The notes under the pieces: model-generated
What the model saw: the letters and a program-made list of their open reading frames with translations, nothing else
Told to the model about the DNA's origin: nothing
The model's database searches: none
Shown here: piece after piece, positions 7,358 to 16,399 of the stretch
How positions within the stretch are numbered: position 1 is the stretch's first letter
Layout: each line of letters begins with the position of its first letter
Position numbers and translations under genes: made by a program
Origin: Candidatus Saccharimonadota bacterium
GTDB taxonomy: Bacteria > Patescibacteriota > Gracilibacteria > UBA4473
Direction of reading: 5' to 3'
Length of the DNA: 32,000 bases
Assembly: GCA_965228485.1 (NCBI GenBank)
Contig: OZ245819.1
Location: 180,001 to 212,000, forward strand

Positions 7358-8830
7358 TTAGATAAATCTTTTTCTGAATAGGTAGAGTACCGATAGATAC
7401 AAAATACCACTAAATACAACAGCGTAAGCGAGATGGTTTTTGAGACAGGGGACAAACCAGATTGTTAAAAATAATCCTGCATTAAGACCAAAAATGATCA
7501 GGCAGTTAATGAGATTTAATTTAGGTGTGAAGTACTTGAGCATTACACTTGTCAGGCAAGCGAGCACGATAATTTCGCAGATAACGGTTGATATGGCTGC
7601 GGCGATGATTCCGTATTGAGGAAGGAAAACGATGTTGAGGATAAGGTTTAAACCAAAAGCGAGAGCATTGGTATAGAGCAGATATTTTTGTTTTTTCTTG
7701 GCTACGAGAGTGAAAGAAAAAAGCTGATTTAAAAAGGCAAAAAGAACTGTTGGTACCAGGATCATAAGAACCTTATCTGATCCGAAAAAGTTTTCGGTAC
7801 TGAGGTATTCGGTACTACTGAGGAGTTGAATAATTTCTGGAGCAAAGGTGTAACTTCCCCAGATGATAGGAAGGGCAAAAATGAGTAATTTTTCGATGCC
7901 CCATCCGAGAAGTTGATTGCTTTCTTCTTGGTGATTTTCGTGACGAGTGATTTTTGGCAAGATTGCTTGTCCAAAGAACACGCCGAGCACTAAAAAGCTT
8001 TCTAAAACTCTGGCACTTACTCCATAAACTCCGACGGCCGCACTTCCCAGTAAAACAGAAATCAGTACAAGATCGGCTCGAAGGTAGAGTGTTTGGAGGA
8101 TGAGAGCGATTCCGTAGGGGAGAGATTCGGTGAGTGTTTTTTTCCAGTATTCAAGATCAAAGTGTAGACGGATTGAAACTTCCAATCGAGCAAAAGCGTA
8201 GACTAAACTTACAAAGACAAGATTAGAAATGACTCCGGCCCACAGGAATGTAAAGAAGAGTGTCTCAGGGGTTTTGATAGTACCGAATTGGAAACTAATC
8301 CAGGTAATAAGTCCTGCGAGAATAATCTTTCCAGTAACGAGACTTCCAGAGAAGTATTGGATTTTCATGCGAGCCTGCAAGATCGCACTCAGTGTTCCAG
8401 CAATAATAGTTAGCGCCATAGAGAGTCCTGTAATCCAAATCCCGACTTTTACCCATTCGTTATAACTTGGGATGAGTTGAGCAATAAATCCTGCAGCGAG
8501 TGTAGCTATCAAAATAAGAACCAGTCTCATGCTGAGGATATTTCCTAGAATGTGTTCGGCTTTTTTACTTTGTTTTGGGAGTTTACTGATGTCCCTTACC
8601 GCAATAGCAAAAAGTCCAGCATCAGCTAATATTCCGAAAAAGGCCAAAAATTCATAGGCCGTTACATAGTTTCCATAGAATTCTTTTCCAAACCCAGAAA
8701 CGATTTTTACCACGATAAAACTGGCAACAACCGTTCCTACTTTCCCTAGGAATTGAATCAGAGCATTGGTAAGTACTTTTTTGTGACTGGGCATGCGGGA
8801 TGATTTTATGTGAAAAAATCCCATTATCAA
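7358..8830 (-). CDS. MOP-superfamily oligosaccharide/polysaccharide flippase (Wzx/MurJ-like)
   Basis: 490 aa with about 12-14 hydrophobic helices throughout and the N-terminal motif ..NALIQFLGKVGTVVASFIVVKIV.. typical of polysaccharide biosynthesis (Wzx) proteins. The true start may be ATG 8794. Confidence 0.55.
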   Translation of the reverse strand: MIMGFFHIKSSRMPSHKKVLTNALIQFLGKVGTVVASFIVVKIVSGFGKEFYGNYVTAYEFLAFFGILADAGLFAIAVRDISKLPKQSKKAEHILGNILSMRLVLILIATLAAGFIAQLIPSYNEWVKVGIWITGLSMALTIIAGTLSAILQARMKIQYFSGSLVTGKIILAGLITWISFQFGTIKTPETLFFTFLWAGVISNLVFVSLVYAFARLEVSIRLHFDLEYWKKTLTESLPYGIALILQTLYLRADLVLISVLLGSAAVGVYGVSARVLESFLVLGVFFGQAILPKITRHENHQEESNQLLGWGIEKLLIFALPIIWGSYTFAPEIIQLLSSTEYLSTENFFGSDKVLMILVPTVLFAFLNQLFSFTLVAKKKQKYLLYTNALAFGLNLILNIVFLPQYGIIAAAISTVICEIIVLACLTSVMLKYFTPKLNLINCLIIFGLNAGLFLTIWFVPCLKNHLAYAVVFSGILYLSVLYLFRKRFI

Positions 8831-8890
8831 CTTATTAACAAATTAGGGATTCTTCTTGCTTTAAGAGGCTTTTGTGTATAAAAAGATTGA

Positions 8891-10117
8891 ATGCCCATAA
8901 ATGAAATTTTATCGATTCTGTCCATTGATCCTCATGATCACTTCCAGATATTGCTCCTATTGATGGTGGTCGTTTGGGGAGCGGGAAGAATTTTTAAGTT
9001 AATGGGATTGCCGCCAATGCTTGGAGAAATCTTGTCGGGAGTCTTAGTTGGCCCCTCTGTTTTAGGGCTTCTGGATACGACTGAATTTATTAAAATATTA
9101 GCCGAATTGGGAGTTTTCTTTCTCATGTTCCATTCTGGATTGGATACCGATATGAAAGAGTTTTTTGGGAGAGTTAAGGCTTCCATGGCGGTGGCTTTTG
9201 GTGGCATATTTATGACCTTTCTATTCTCGATATTTTTCTTCCAATTTTTTAAATTTCATTGGGTTACTGCAGCCTTCTTATCCTTAATGTTGGCTTTGAA
9301 TTCTATTCCAGTAATTGTTTCGGTTTTAAAAAGTTTTAAGCTCAAGAACTCAAAGATTGGGCATATAGTTTTGGGATCTTCTGTGGTGAATGAGTTGGTG
9401 CTCTTTATTGTGTTTTCTGTCTTAATTGCTCTGGCTCAGTCTGGAGAGTTTTCACTTCAAATGTTGATTCTGGTAAGTGTCAAAGTGCTTCTGTTTGTTT
9501 TGGGATCACTGCTTATTGGCCTAGAAATACTGCCATTTATTGGTCCAAAAATTCTCAATCGATCCGGATCAAAAGGCTTTACCTTTGCTTTGATCATCGC
9601 TCTGTTTTTTGGGCTTTTTGCTGAAGCGATTGGTCTTCATATGATTATTGGAGCGTATGTGGCCGGACTCTTCGTTCGGCAAGAAATTACAAAGCCAGAT
9701 TTGATGCGTAAGATTGAAGATAGGTTTTATGCTTTGTCTCATTCATTTTTAGGTCCAATATTTTTTGCTTCAGTAGGGATGATGATTTCTTTTGAAGCGA
9801 TTCTGTCTCATCCGTGGTTTGTGTTGAGCCTGCTCTTGATTGTGATTTGTGGTCAGATTTGTGGAACTTGGTTGGCAGCTTTATTTTTGCCAGGACTGAC
9901 TCCAAAGCAGACTTGGCCGATTGGTATTGCGCTCACAGGGCGGGGGAGTACAGAGATTATTATGGCTCAAATTGGTTTTTCTACTGTGGTGACGGCTACA
10001 GGAGCAACGATTCTCGATAAGTCACTTTTTGCGAGTATTGTTGGTTTGGCTTTTGCTTCCACGTTATTGATGCCAATATTACTTAAGTGTTATTTAAAAA
10101 TTAGTGCGAGGTTCTAG
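8891..10117 (+). CDS. cation:proton antiporter (CPA2 / Na_H_Exchanger family)
   Basis: 408-aa polytopic protein with the family N-terminal signature GLPPMLGEILSGVLVGPSVLGLL...LAELGVFFLMFHSGLD. Confidence 0.75.
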   Translation: MPINEILSILSIDPHDHFQILLLLMVVVWGAGRIFKLMGLPPMLGEILSGVLVGPSVLGLLDTTEFIKILAELGVFFLMFHSGLDTDMKEFFGRVKASMAVAFGGIFMTFLFSIFFFQFFKFHWVTAAFLSLMLALNSIPVIVSVLKSFKLKNSKIGHIVLGSSVVNELVLFIVFSVLIALAQSGEFSLQMLILVSVKVLLFVLGSLLIGLEILPFIGPKILNRSGSKGFTFALIIALFFGLFAEAIGLHMIIGAYVAGLFVRQEITKPDLMRKIEDRFYALSHSFLGPIFFASVGMMISFEAILSHPWFVLSLLLIVICGQICGTWLAALFLPGLTPKQTWPIGIALTGRGSTEIIMAQIGFSTVVTATGATILDKSLFASIVGLAFASTLLMPILLKCYLKISARF

Positions 10118-10140
10118 GTTTTGTTCTAGAATAAAGATCG

Positions 10141-11370
10141 ATGAATTTTTTTAGAGAACATAAGTTAAAGGGTTTTGGGAAATACTTCGTGAGTCATAAG
10201 GATGTTTATTCAGCTTTAACTGCTCAGACACTTGAGACTACTGTGGGGGCAGTTGTTTTTGCACTTATGCCTGTTATTTTAGCTTTTTATCTTGGGAATG
10301 AGCAGATAGCAGGGATTGTAATTGCGTTGTTTACGGCGTTGCAGATATTTGTTTTTATTCCTTTATCTGGAGTCGTGATTGATAAAAAAGGCGCACTTCT
10401 GGCGATGAAGCTCGGAGTTTTTGCTGAAATAATTGGAATTTTGTTATGGGTTTTGGTGGATTTGAATTGGGGGATTTATTTTTTCTTTTTGGGATACTTT
10501 TTTCGATGGTCTTTTTTCTTGATTGACCCTTTTTTACTCCGTCGAACTGAATCTGAAGAAGGGGGGTTTTGGTTTGGGTTGAAAGAGGAGATTATTGCTA
10601 TTGGTAATTTTCTGGGGATACTGGTTTTTACTTGGTTTGTAGCTCGTGAACACTGGTACTTTTTACCATTTGTTTCGGCTTTAACTCATATTATTTCTTT
10701 ATCGTTTTTGTATACGGTTGAGGTGAAAGGCAAAAAACGAAAAATTACTTGGAAGGCTTTGTGCCAGGCTTTTAATTATTGGCATTTTATCAAATCTGGT
10801 TTGTCTTTTATTCATAAGAACCATCGTTATCCATTGTTTAATTTAGGAAGTAATTTGTTTGAGGGGCTATTCTATGGTTCTATTTGGTTCTTATTACCAC
10901 TACATCTTGCGAAGATGGCGGTGGAAGGGGACTCTCTAAGCTTGGGAATATATGAGGTGGTAACGATTGCTTTTGCCTTAATCTGTGGAGTTTTGGCTGA
11001 TCGACTGGACTGGAGAAAGCAAGAATTATTTTCTTGGCTCATTATGATTGTAATGGTCTGGATACTCCCTTTTTGGCATTCTCAATTTGCTTTAGTCGTG
11101 ATAGGATTCGTTATTGGTTTAGCTAATAATTTCTTCGCTTCTGCAGGCTATCATGTATTAGCTTTGTTTGATGAAGACCATGAAGAAGATGGTCAGTATG
11201 TGGCTTTTGCCAAAATTGTTTGTAATTCAGGCTATATGGTTTCACCCATTATTTGCGGTTATCTTTATTACAATTTTGGGTTTGATTTGGCTTTAGTATT
11301 TGTAGCCGTTGTGGTGACGCTTATTGCCTTGTGGATGCTGTTTCTGACGAAAAAATTGGGACGTATATAA
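10141..11370 (+). CDS. MFS-type transporter (putative)
   Basis: 409 aa with about 10-12 predicted helices in two halves separated by a basic loop (VEVKGKKRKITWK). No substrate can be inferred. Confidence 0.45.
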   Translation: MNFFREHKLKGFGKYFVSHKDVYSALTAQTLETTVGAVVFALMPVILAFYLGNEQIAGIVIALFTALQIFVFIPLSGVVIDKKGALLAMKLGVFAEIIGILLWVLVDLNWGIYFFFLGYFFRWSFFLIDPFLLRRTESEEGGFWFGLKEEIIAIGNFLGILVFTWFVAREHWYFLPFVSALTHIISLSFLYTVEVKGKKRKITWKALCQAFNYWHFIKSGLSFIHKNHRYPLFNLGSNLFEGLFYGSIWFLLPLHLAKMAVEGDSLSLGIYEVVTIAFALICGVLADRLDWRKQELFSWLIMIVMVWILPFWHSQFALVVIGFVIGLANNFFASAGYHVLALFDEDHEEDGQYVAFAKIVCNSGYMVSPIICGYLYYNFGFDLALVFVAVVVTLIALWMLFLTKKLGRI

Positions 11371-11455
11371 AAAAATTGGCTAAAAAATTTGACGTACAAA
11401 TTGAATCTCATAGAATCTCTCGGCTCCTTTGAAAAACGTTCTTTTTATTGTGACT

Positions 11456-11530
11456 GGCCCGGTCGTCTAGTGGTTAGGACGCCAGGTTTTCATCCTGGTA
11501 ACCGGAGTTCGATTCTCCGTCGGGTCACCA
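11456..11530 (+). tRNA. tRNA-Glu (anticodon UUC), CCA encoded
   Basis: GGCCCGG TC GTC TAGTGGTTAG GAC G CCAGG TTTTCAT CCTGG TAAC CGGAG TTCGATT CTCCG TCGGGTC A CCA. The layout parallels E. coli tRNA-Glu, and the anticodon loop is TT-TTC-AT. Confidence 0.9.
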
Positions 11531-11536
11531 TTTCAA

Positions 11537-11586
11537 AATAGCCTGATAGTATTTCGTAATATGAGGCTATTTTTGTGTTTTTTCTG
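11537..11586 (+). terminator. probable intrinsic terminator after tRNA-Glu
   Basis: AATAGCCT (11537-11544) pairs with AGGCTATT (11564-11571), followed by TTTGTGTTTTTT. The 19-nt loop is rather large. Confidence 0.45.
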
Positions 11587-11625
11587 GTTTGAATTTTCCT
11601 CGGCAACCAGTTACCCTAAGAAAAA

Positions 11626-12474
11626 ATGAAATATTGGAAAAAATTAGGGGCACGATCTGTACGAGAGGGAACGCTACAGTTATGGCGTAATAAATTTCTT
11701 TCAGGAACAACTATTCTACTGGGAGCTTTGGTCGTGTTTTTGTTGAATTTTATTTTTGCGATTCAGTATTTTACGGATTTATCTTTAAAAAACCTTGAAG
11801 CTCGGGCCGATTTTGCGATTCCAATTCGAGAATCTGCGGAAGCTTTTGATATAGATTCTCTGCGCAATGATTTGAAAAATAATTTTGATGTGGAGATCAA
11901 AATCCTTCCGCCTGAAAATTTTACTAATTTTGTCGTGCCAGAACGTTTGTACATTAAGTTTAAAGACTTGAAACAAGTGCCAGGAATTTTTGAAACGCTC
12001 AAAAGTTTGCGTTATGACACCGTAATAGGAGACTGGGATGGTGCGGCAGAAAGAGATTTTGTAACCCTGGTAGAAAAGTTGTTAAAAATTCGTGAAGCGG
12101 TGGATAAGGCGAGTTTTTGGCTCGTTATTATCTTTATTGGTGGGGGAGTAATGCTCGCAGTAAATGCCTTTCGGATTGTTTTGTTTTCACGGAAGCAGGA
12201 GATATTTATCGCTCGCTTGGTTGGTGCTGATACTATTTTTATTGCGGGACCTTTTCTTTGGGAAGGGATTTTACTAGGAATTGTTTCGGCGCTGATTGCA
12301 CAGCTTATTTTTATTTTTGTTTTACGAGAAATAGAGTTTTTGCCAGGAGGAGATATATTTATTCATCTTTGGAATAATATTTTCTCAGCGCAGATTATCG
12401 TTGCTGGATTGGTAGGCCTTACCGGAGCGTGGCTTGCCATTAAGAAATATTTAACAGGGAATTTTGCCAACTAG
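11626..12474 (+). CDS. ftsX: cell division ABC-transporter permease-like protein FtsX
   Basis: 282 aa. It has the N-terminal motif ..SVREGTLQLWRNKFLSGTTILLGALVVFLLNFIF, an extracytoplasmic domain of about 110 aa, and then three C-terminal TM helices, which is the classic FtsX topology. Confidence 0.7.
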   Translation: MKYWKKLGARSVREGTLQLWRNKFLSGTTILLGALVVFLLNFIFAIQYFTDLSLKNLEARADFAIPIRESAEAFDIDSLRNDLKNNFDVEIKILPPENFTNFVVPERLYIKFKDLKQVPGIFETLKSLRYDTVIGDWDGAAERDFVTLVEKLLKIREAVDKASFWLVIIFIGGGVMLAVNAFRIVLFSRKQEIFIARLVGADTIFIAGPFLWEGILLGIVSALIAQLIFIFVLREIEFLPGGDIFIHLWNNIFSAQIIVAGLVGLTGAWLAIKKYLTGNFAN

Positions 12475-12477
12475 ATT

Positions 12478-13140
12478 ATGGAATGGATCAAAACGCAAGG
12501 AATCTTATTAAAAGAAACACCTCTTGCTAATGATGATGTAATTTTAGAGATTTTTACGTTAGATCTAGGGAGAGTTTCAGTATTTGTTTCAAAACTACAG
12601 AGATCAAAAAAGAAAAGAAGTGAGATAGATTTTTTTCGTTTGATGGCTCTGGAAATAGAAGCTAAAAACCATTCTTATAAACTTAAAAATGTGCATACTA
12701 AAAAGGTGTTTCATGTTTTTGGACAAAACTATGAGTTGATCAATCAAGGTTTCTCGTTTTTGCAAAGACTTCAAAAGGTTCTACCTGAAGCGAAGCCCTT
12801 AGAATCATTTTTTATTTTAGTTTGCCATGTTTTTGAGACTTTGAATTTAGAAAATAAAGAAGTCTATTGGGCTTATTTGAGAATACAATTATTAATTTTT
12901 TCAGGAATTATGCCTCGTTTTGATATTGTCAGGGAATCTACTTTTTTTGATCCTTCTCACATGGCCTTTACTTCTCAAGAAAATGAAAATTTTTGTCACC
13001 TAACGAATGAATCTCGCCAAGTGATTGAGTTTTTGCGGCGTTTACAATTTTCTGAGTTATTTTTTGAATACAAAAAAGTACTGGATAAAGATTTTTCAGA
13101 GGTGAATAGCTTGCTTCAAAGAGTTGAAGAATTTCATTAA
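12478..13140 (+). CDS. recO: DNA repair protein RecO
   Basis: 220 aa. The N-terminal OB-fold pattern is MEWIKTQGILLKETPLANDDVILEIFTLDLGRVSVFVSKLQRSKKKR. The ATG is 3 nt after the ftsX stop. Confidence 0.6.
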   Translation: MEWIKTQGILLKETPLANDDVILEIFTLDLGRVSVFVSKLQRSKKKRSEIDFFRLMALEIEAKNHSYKLKNVHTKKVFHVFGQNYELINQGFSFLQRLQKVLPEAKPLESFFILVCHVFETLNLENKEVYWAYLRIQLLIFSGIMPRFDIVRESTFFDPSHMAFTSQENENFCHLTNESRQVIEFLRRLQFSELFFEYKKVLDKDFSEVNSLLQRVEEFH

Positions 13141-13187
13141 AAAAGTTTGACGGGCGCTTATTCATCGGAAATAATAGAGAAAAATAT

Positions 13188-14018
13188 TTGTTCAATAAAT
13201 TGGTTATGAAAAGATTTTTTACCATTTTCGCTCTCATGTCTTTTTTAGCCGTTCCAGGAGCTTTTGCTCAAGAAGGATCAGAGCTAGAAGACTTAATTAT
13301 CGATGATTTTGGAGATGATTTATTCCTTCCAGATGAATCAACTTTAGATGATAGTTTAGAATTACCAGAAGCCCCCCCTATTGGAAATGAAGGATTTGAT
13401 GATTCAGAACTGATCCTAGATCCTTTTGTAGATGATCTTGGAGGAGATGAAATTCTTACTCCTGTAGCAGACAATCCTATCATTGAAGACAATCTTGTCG
13501 CAGAAGACGAAGCTCATAGTAGTGCTATGGCTCCGTCAGGGAATCTTCCAGCTTCAGCTAATGCAACTTTCAGCGTTGTAAATGTATCTCAAGATAATCA
13601 AGATGCAGAAACAGTAGGAGCTCGTCCTGGAGATTTGCTTCGATATGAACTACGGATTACTTCTGATGTTGAAGATGTTAACGATTATGTGGCTTCAATT
13701 GATGTGGCTAATGTGATTGCTGCTCTAGATTTTACTGATACAGGGCTTGGAGTTCTTGAAAACGGAAGAATTACTTATCCTGCTTACTCTAATGCGGCTC
13801 CTTGTGAACAAGTTTTCACTTTCTTTGCTCAGGTTAAACCTGATTGTGGAGATCTAAGAAGTTTGGCCGTTGGAGCTGAAGGAGATAGTACAACGGTTGG
13901 AACCAGTTGTGAGTTGGCTCAGACTGGTCCAGGTCAAAGAATTTTCCTTGTGGCTGGTATTATGGTGCTTATGATGAGTTTAATTCTTGGGATGTCTTGG
14001 AGATCTAAAACTTCATAA
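13188..14018 (+). CDS. acidic secreted protein with C-terminal LAQTG cell-wall sorting signal
   Basis: Signal peptide MKRFFTIFALMSFLAVPGAFA|QEG (likely start ATG 13206). The N-region is Asp/Glu-rich, and there is a PGD..RYEL..T segment. The C-terminus is LAQTG + hydrophobic FLVAGIMVLMMSLILGM + basic tail WRSKTS, the tripartite sortase-substrate architecture. Confidence 0.65.
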   Translation: MFNKLVMKRFFTIFALMSFLAVPGAFAQEGSELEDLIIDDFGDDLFLPDESTLDDSLELPEAPPIGNEGFDDSELILDPFVDDLGGDEILTPVADNPIIEDNLVAEDEAHSSAMAPSGNLPASANATFSVVNVSQDNQDAETVGARPGDLLRYELRITSDVEDVNDYVASIDVANVIAALDFTDTGLGVLENGRITYPAYSNAAPCEQVFTFFAQVKPDCGDLRSLAVGAEGDSTTVGTSCELAQTGPGQRIFLVAGIMVLMMSLILGMSWRSKTS

Positions 14019-14048
14019 AGGACTTATTGATTTGAATAACAAAAAAAA

Positions 14049-14075
14049 ACTCAGGATAAAATCCTGAGTTTTTTT
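14049..14075. terminator. bidirectional intrinsic terminator
   Basis: A 9-bp stem ACTCAGGAT / ATCCTGAGT with loop AAA, flanked by a 9-A run upstream and a 7-T run downstream. It lies between convergent genes ending at 14018 (+) and 14095 (-). Confidence 0.85.
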
Positions 14076-14094
14076 GTTATAGAGCTGAATAAAA

Positions 14095-14412
14095 TTACTT
14101 ACTATTTTTAGTATGAAACTTTCTCGCTTGTCTTTCGAGAATATCTTTAATGTTATCTGCTAGAGCATGAATATTTTCGGCATCTGTTTCGGCTACAAAA
14201 TCAGCACCATTTGGAGCACTCATATGTGCTTTGGCGTGAAATCGGTTTCCTGAACTGTGTTTGTCTTTAGACACATCAACGTGTACTTTGGTAGAATCTT
14301 CGTCTCCAGCGTGATTCCCAAGGAATCTTTCCACGTCGTTTAGGCGTTTTTCAAAATAGGCCTTATCTTCATCGAAGAAGGTAACGTCGTGCGTTTTGAA
14401 TTGTATAATCAT
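14095..14412 (-). CDS. hpf: ribosome hibernation factor (HPF/RaiA family, short form)
   Basis: 105 aa. MIIQFKTHDVTFFDEDKAYFEKRLNDVERFL ... FVAETDAENIHALADNIKDILERQARKFHTK matches the HPF/RaiA layout, including the C-terminal D.A.D.L.RQ..K.K motif. Confidence 0.65.
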   Translation of the reverse strand: MIIQFKTHDVTFFDEDKAYFEKRLNDVERFLGNHAGDEDSTKVHVDVSKDKHSSGNRFHAKAHMSAPNGADFVAETDAENIHALADNIKDILERQARKFHTKNSK

Positions 14413-14432
14413 TTTTTGTTTTGATTAAGAAA

Positions 14433-15503
14433 CTAAAAATTTAGAACGTTATTTGAGAACTTCGAATTAAGCTCTATCATAGGGCTACTCGCAATTTCTC
14501 CGATAACTTGTGCTTCAACTTCTGCATCAGCACTATTTAGTATATCACAGATCTTATTTGTGTCATCTTCATTTACAACTAATGCCATGGCCGTACCACA
14601 ATGCCAGGTTTTGTAACATTCAGATTCGTTAATATTAGCGACACGTTGTAGATCTTGGATAGCGGTATGTGGTTCGTGAAGGTTGTTCAGTTTAACTCCT
14701 AAGCCATTAGGGATAATACGACAAATATTCCCAGGGATTCCGCCACCAGTAATGTGAGCAATTCCATGAATTTCGAACTTTCGCTTACCTTCAAAATTAC
14801 CGATAAGGTTATCAAGAAGTAATCGATGAAATATTTTACTTGGTGTTAGGAGGGCTTCCCCCCAAGATAAACCATTTTTCCATGGAGTACTATGCCAGTT
14901 ATTTCCAAATTCGTTTTCACAAATTTTCCGTGCTAGGGATATACCATTAGAACGTAGGACTCTTCCTTTGAGCCCAATGATTTTATGCCCGGCTTTAATC
15001 GTGTTTCCAGTAATGAATTTTTCTTTCTTTACAACTCCTACAGCGGTAGCGTTCCAAACCATTCTGTTAAGCGCATTTCCTAGTTCTGCAATTTCTCCTC
15101 CAGGGACAACAATTTTTTCTTTGATACAGGCTTTTGCCAGTCCTTCTGTCATAGTTGCAATAGCTTCAGGATCTACTTGAGGGACATCAAAAGTGTTGGT
15201 AATAGAAATAACTTCCGCTCCAACACATATGGCATCATCCGCTACCATACAAACAAGATCTTCTCCGATGGTATCAAATTTTTGAATTCTTTCTGCAATT
15301 TCTAATTTTGTTCCGACACCATCATCATTTTGGATAAGGAGAAAATCACCCATATCGAGGGCTCCAGAGAATCCTCCTTCAAAGTCAAAAGTTTGACCCA
15401 CTAAGCCTTCTCGGCTTGGGAAAGTTTTTTTTGCGTTGTAATAAGCTTCTTTTGAAGCTTTGTCTCCAGCATCAATATCTACCCCTGCAGCTTTGTAATC
15501 CAT
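14433..15503 (-). CDS. purM: phosphoribosylformylglycinamidine cyclo-ligase (AIR synthetase)
   Basis: 356 aa. The N-terminus MDYKAAGVDIDAGDKA and the motifs DGVGTK, ..DLVCMVADDAICVGAEV.. and HITGGG are canonical PurM. Confidence 0.9.
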   Translation of the reverse strand: MDYKAAGVDIDAGDKASKEAYYNAKKTFPSREGLVGQTFDFEGGFSGALDMGDFLLIQNDDGVGTKLEIAERIQKFDTIGEDLVCMVADDAICVGAEVISITNTFDVPQVDPEAIATMTEGLAKACIKEKIVVPGGEIAELGNALNRMVWNATAVGVVKKEKFITGNTIKAGHKIIGLKGRVLRSNGISLARKICENEFGNNWHSTPWKNGLSWGEALLTPSKIFHRLLLDNLIGNFEGKRKFEIHGIAHITGGGIPGNICRIIPNGLGVKLNNLHEPHTAIQDLQRVANINESECYKTWHCGTAMALVVNEDDTNKICDILNSADAEVEAQVIGEIASSPMIELNSKFSNNVLNF

Positions 15504-15505
15504 TT

Positions 15506-16396
15506 CTATTTATTAAATAAAATTAATCCACATTGATCTCCAAATATAGCTTTGAGGTTTTCGAGTTCTAGGGTTGTAGTGCTTCCCATTTTTATAAGCA
15601 GAATTGGAGTATCTACTGTTCCATCTATATTATCTGACGGTGATAAGGAAAAGAACTTTTCAGCTGCGGGAAAAGTCCCTATAAGGCGAGGGGATTCAAA
15701 AGTCAGGATGAACCTTTCGAGAAGTTTTTCGTCATGAGCGCCTGGTTTATCGGTAATATGTAGTAGAGGAGCGTCTGGGAATACTTTTCGAATTTGGTAG
15801 TAAAAAGAAACACGACCTCTAATAGATTCAATAAGATAGATAGCAAAGAGACTGAGACAAAATCCTGCAAAGATTGAAAAGCTTAGACTCCAAGAGTTTG
15901 GAATGGAAGCATCCAGGCTAAAGACTTCTGGTTTAGTCATTTTAAAAGGAAAAGTACTATCTTTCGTCAGCGCTTCAAAACGTTCATTTATATTTTTGAT
16001 AGTAGCTTCGGTGATTTTATTACGATGTTGATTTTCATCCCCATAGAGCTTAATTGTCCAGAATACATTCAGGTAATTCTGCTTACGAGCAGAGATTTTT
16101 CGTTTGAAGTTTGGAATAAAGATTTCAGCATCTTTTAGTACATCTTCTCTGAAGCGTGGATTTTGAGCCCACCCAGCAATAGCTTCAGCGGTTTTCATAG
16201 TGCTTTCTGCGGGGTCCATGCTATTGATAGCGCTATTTTCAGCAGCGATTGGAGCGAGTGAAAAATAGATGGTTGTTTTTTCGATTTTTGGAATTTGAGA
16301 TAGCCCTGTGTAAATAGCTGCAGATAAAGCTACAAAAGTAAGAATCCAGATATATTTATATCTTTTTAGTGGTGATAGTAAGTCTCCAAAATGCAT
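15506..16396 (-). CDS. hypothetical bitopic membrane protein, polysaccharide co-polymerase (Wzz/PCP)-like topology
   Basis: 296 aa. It has an N-terminal TM (YIWILTFVALSAAIYTGL), a soluble domain of about 130 aa, a second TM (WSLSFSIFAGFCLSLFAIYLI), and a C-terminal ~100 aa ending ..GLILFNK. That tail is reminiscent of a BY-kinase-like domain without a Walker A. The gene is packed 3-4 nt from purF and purM. Confidence 0.3.
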   Translation of the reverse strand: MHFGDLLSPLKRYKYIWILTFVALSAAIYTGLSQIPKIEKTTIYFSLAPIAAENSAINSMDPAESTMKTAEAIAGWAQNPRFREDVLKDAEIFIPNFKRKISARKQNYLNVFWTIKLYGDENQHRNKITEATIKNINERFEALTKDSTFPFKMTKPEVFSLDASIPNSWSLSFSIFAGFCLSLFAIYLIESIRGRVSFYYQIRKVFPDAPLLHITDKPGAHDEKLLERFILTFESPRLIGTFPAAEKFFSLSPSDNIDGTVDTPILLIKMGSTTTLELENLKAIFGDQCGLILFNK

Positions 16397-16399
16397 TAT

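Noticed and set aside
11626-12474. ftsX has no adjacent ftsE; a tRNA lies upstream instead.
   Set aside because: ftsE may simply be encoded elsewhere. This cannot be judged from a single window and is not by itself unusual enough to report.
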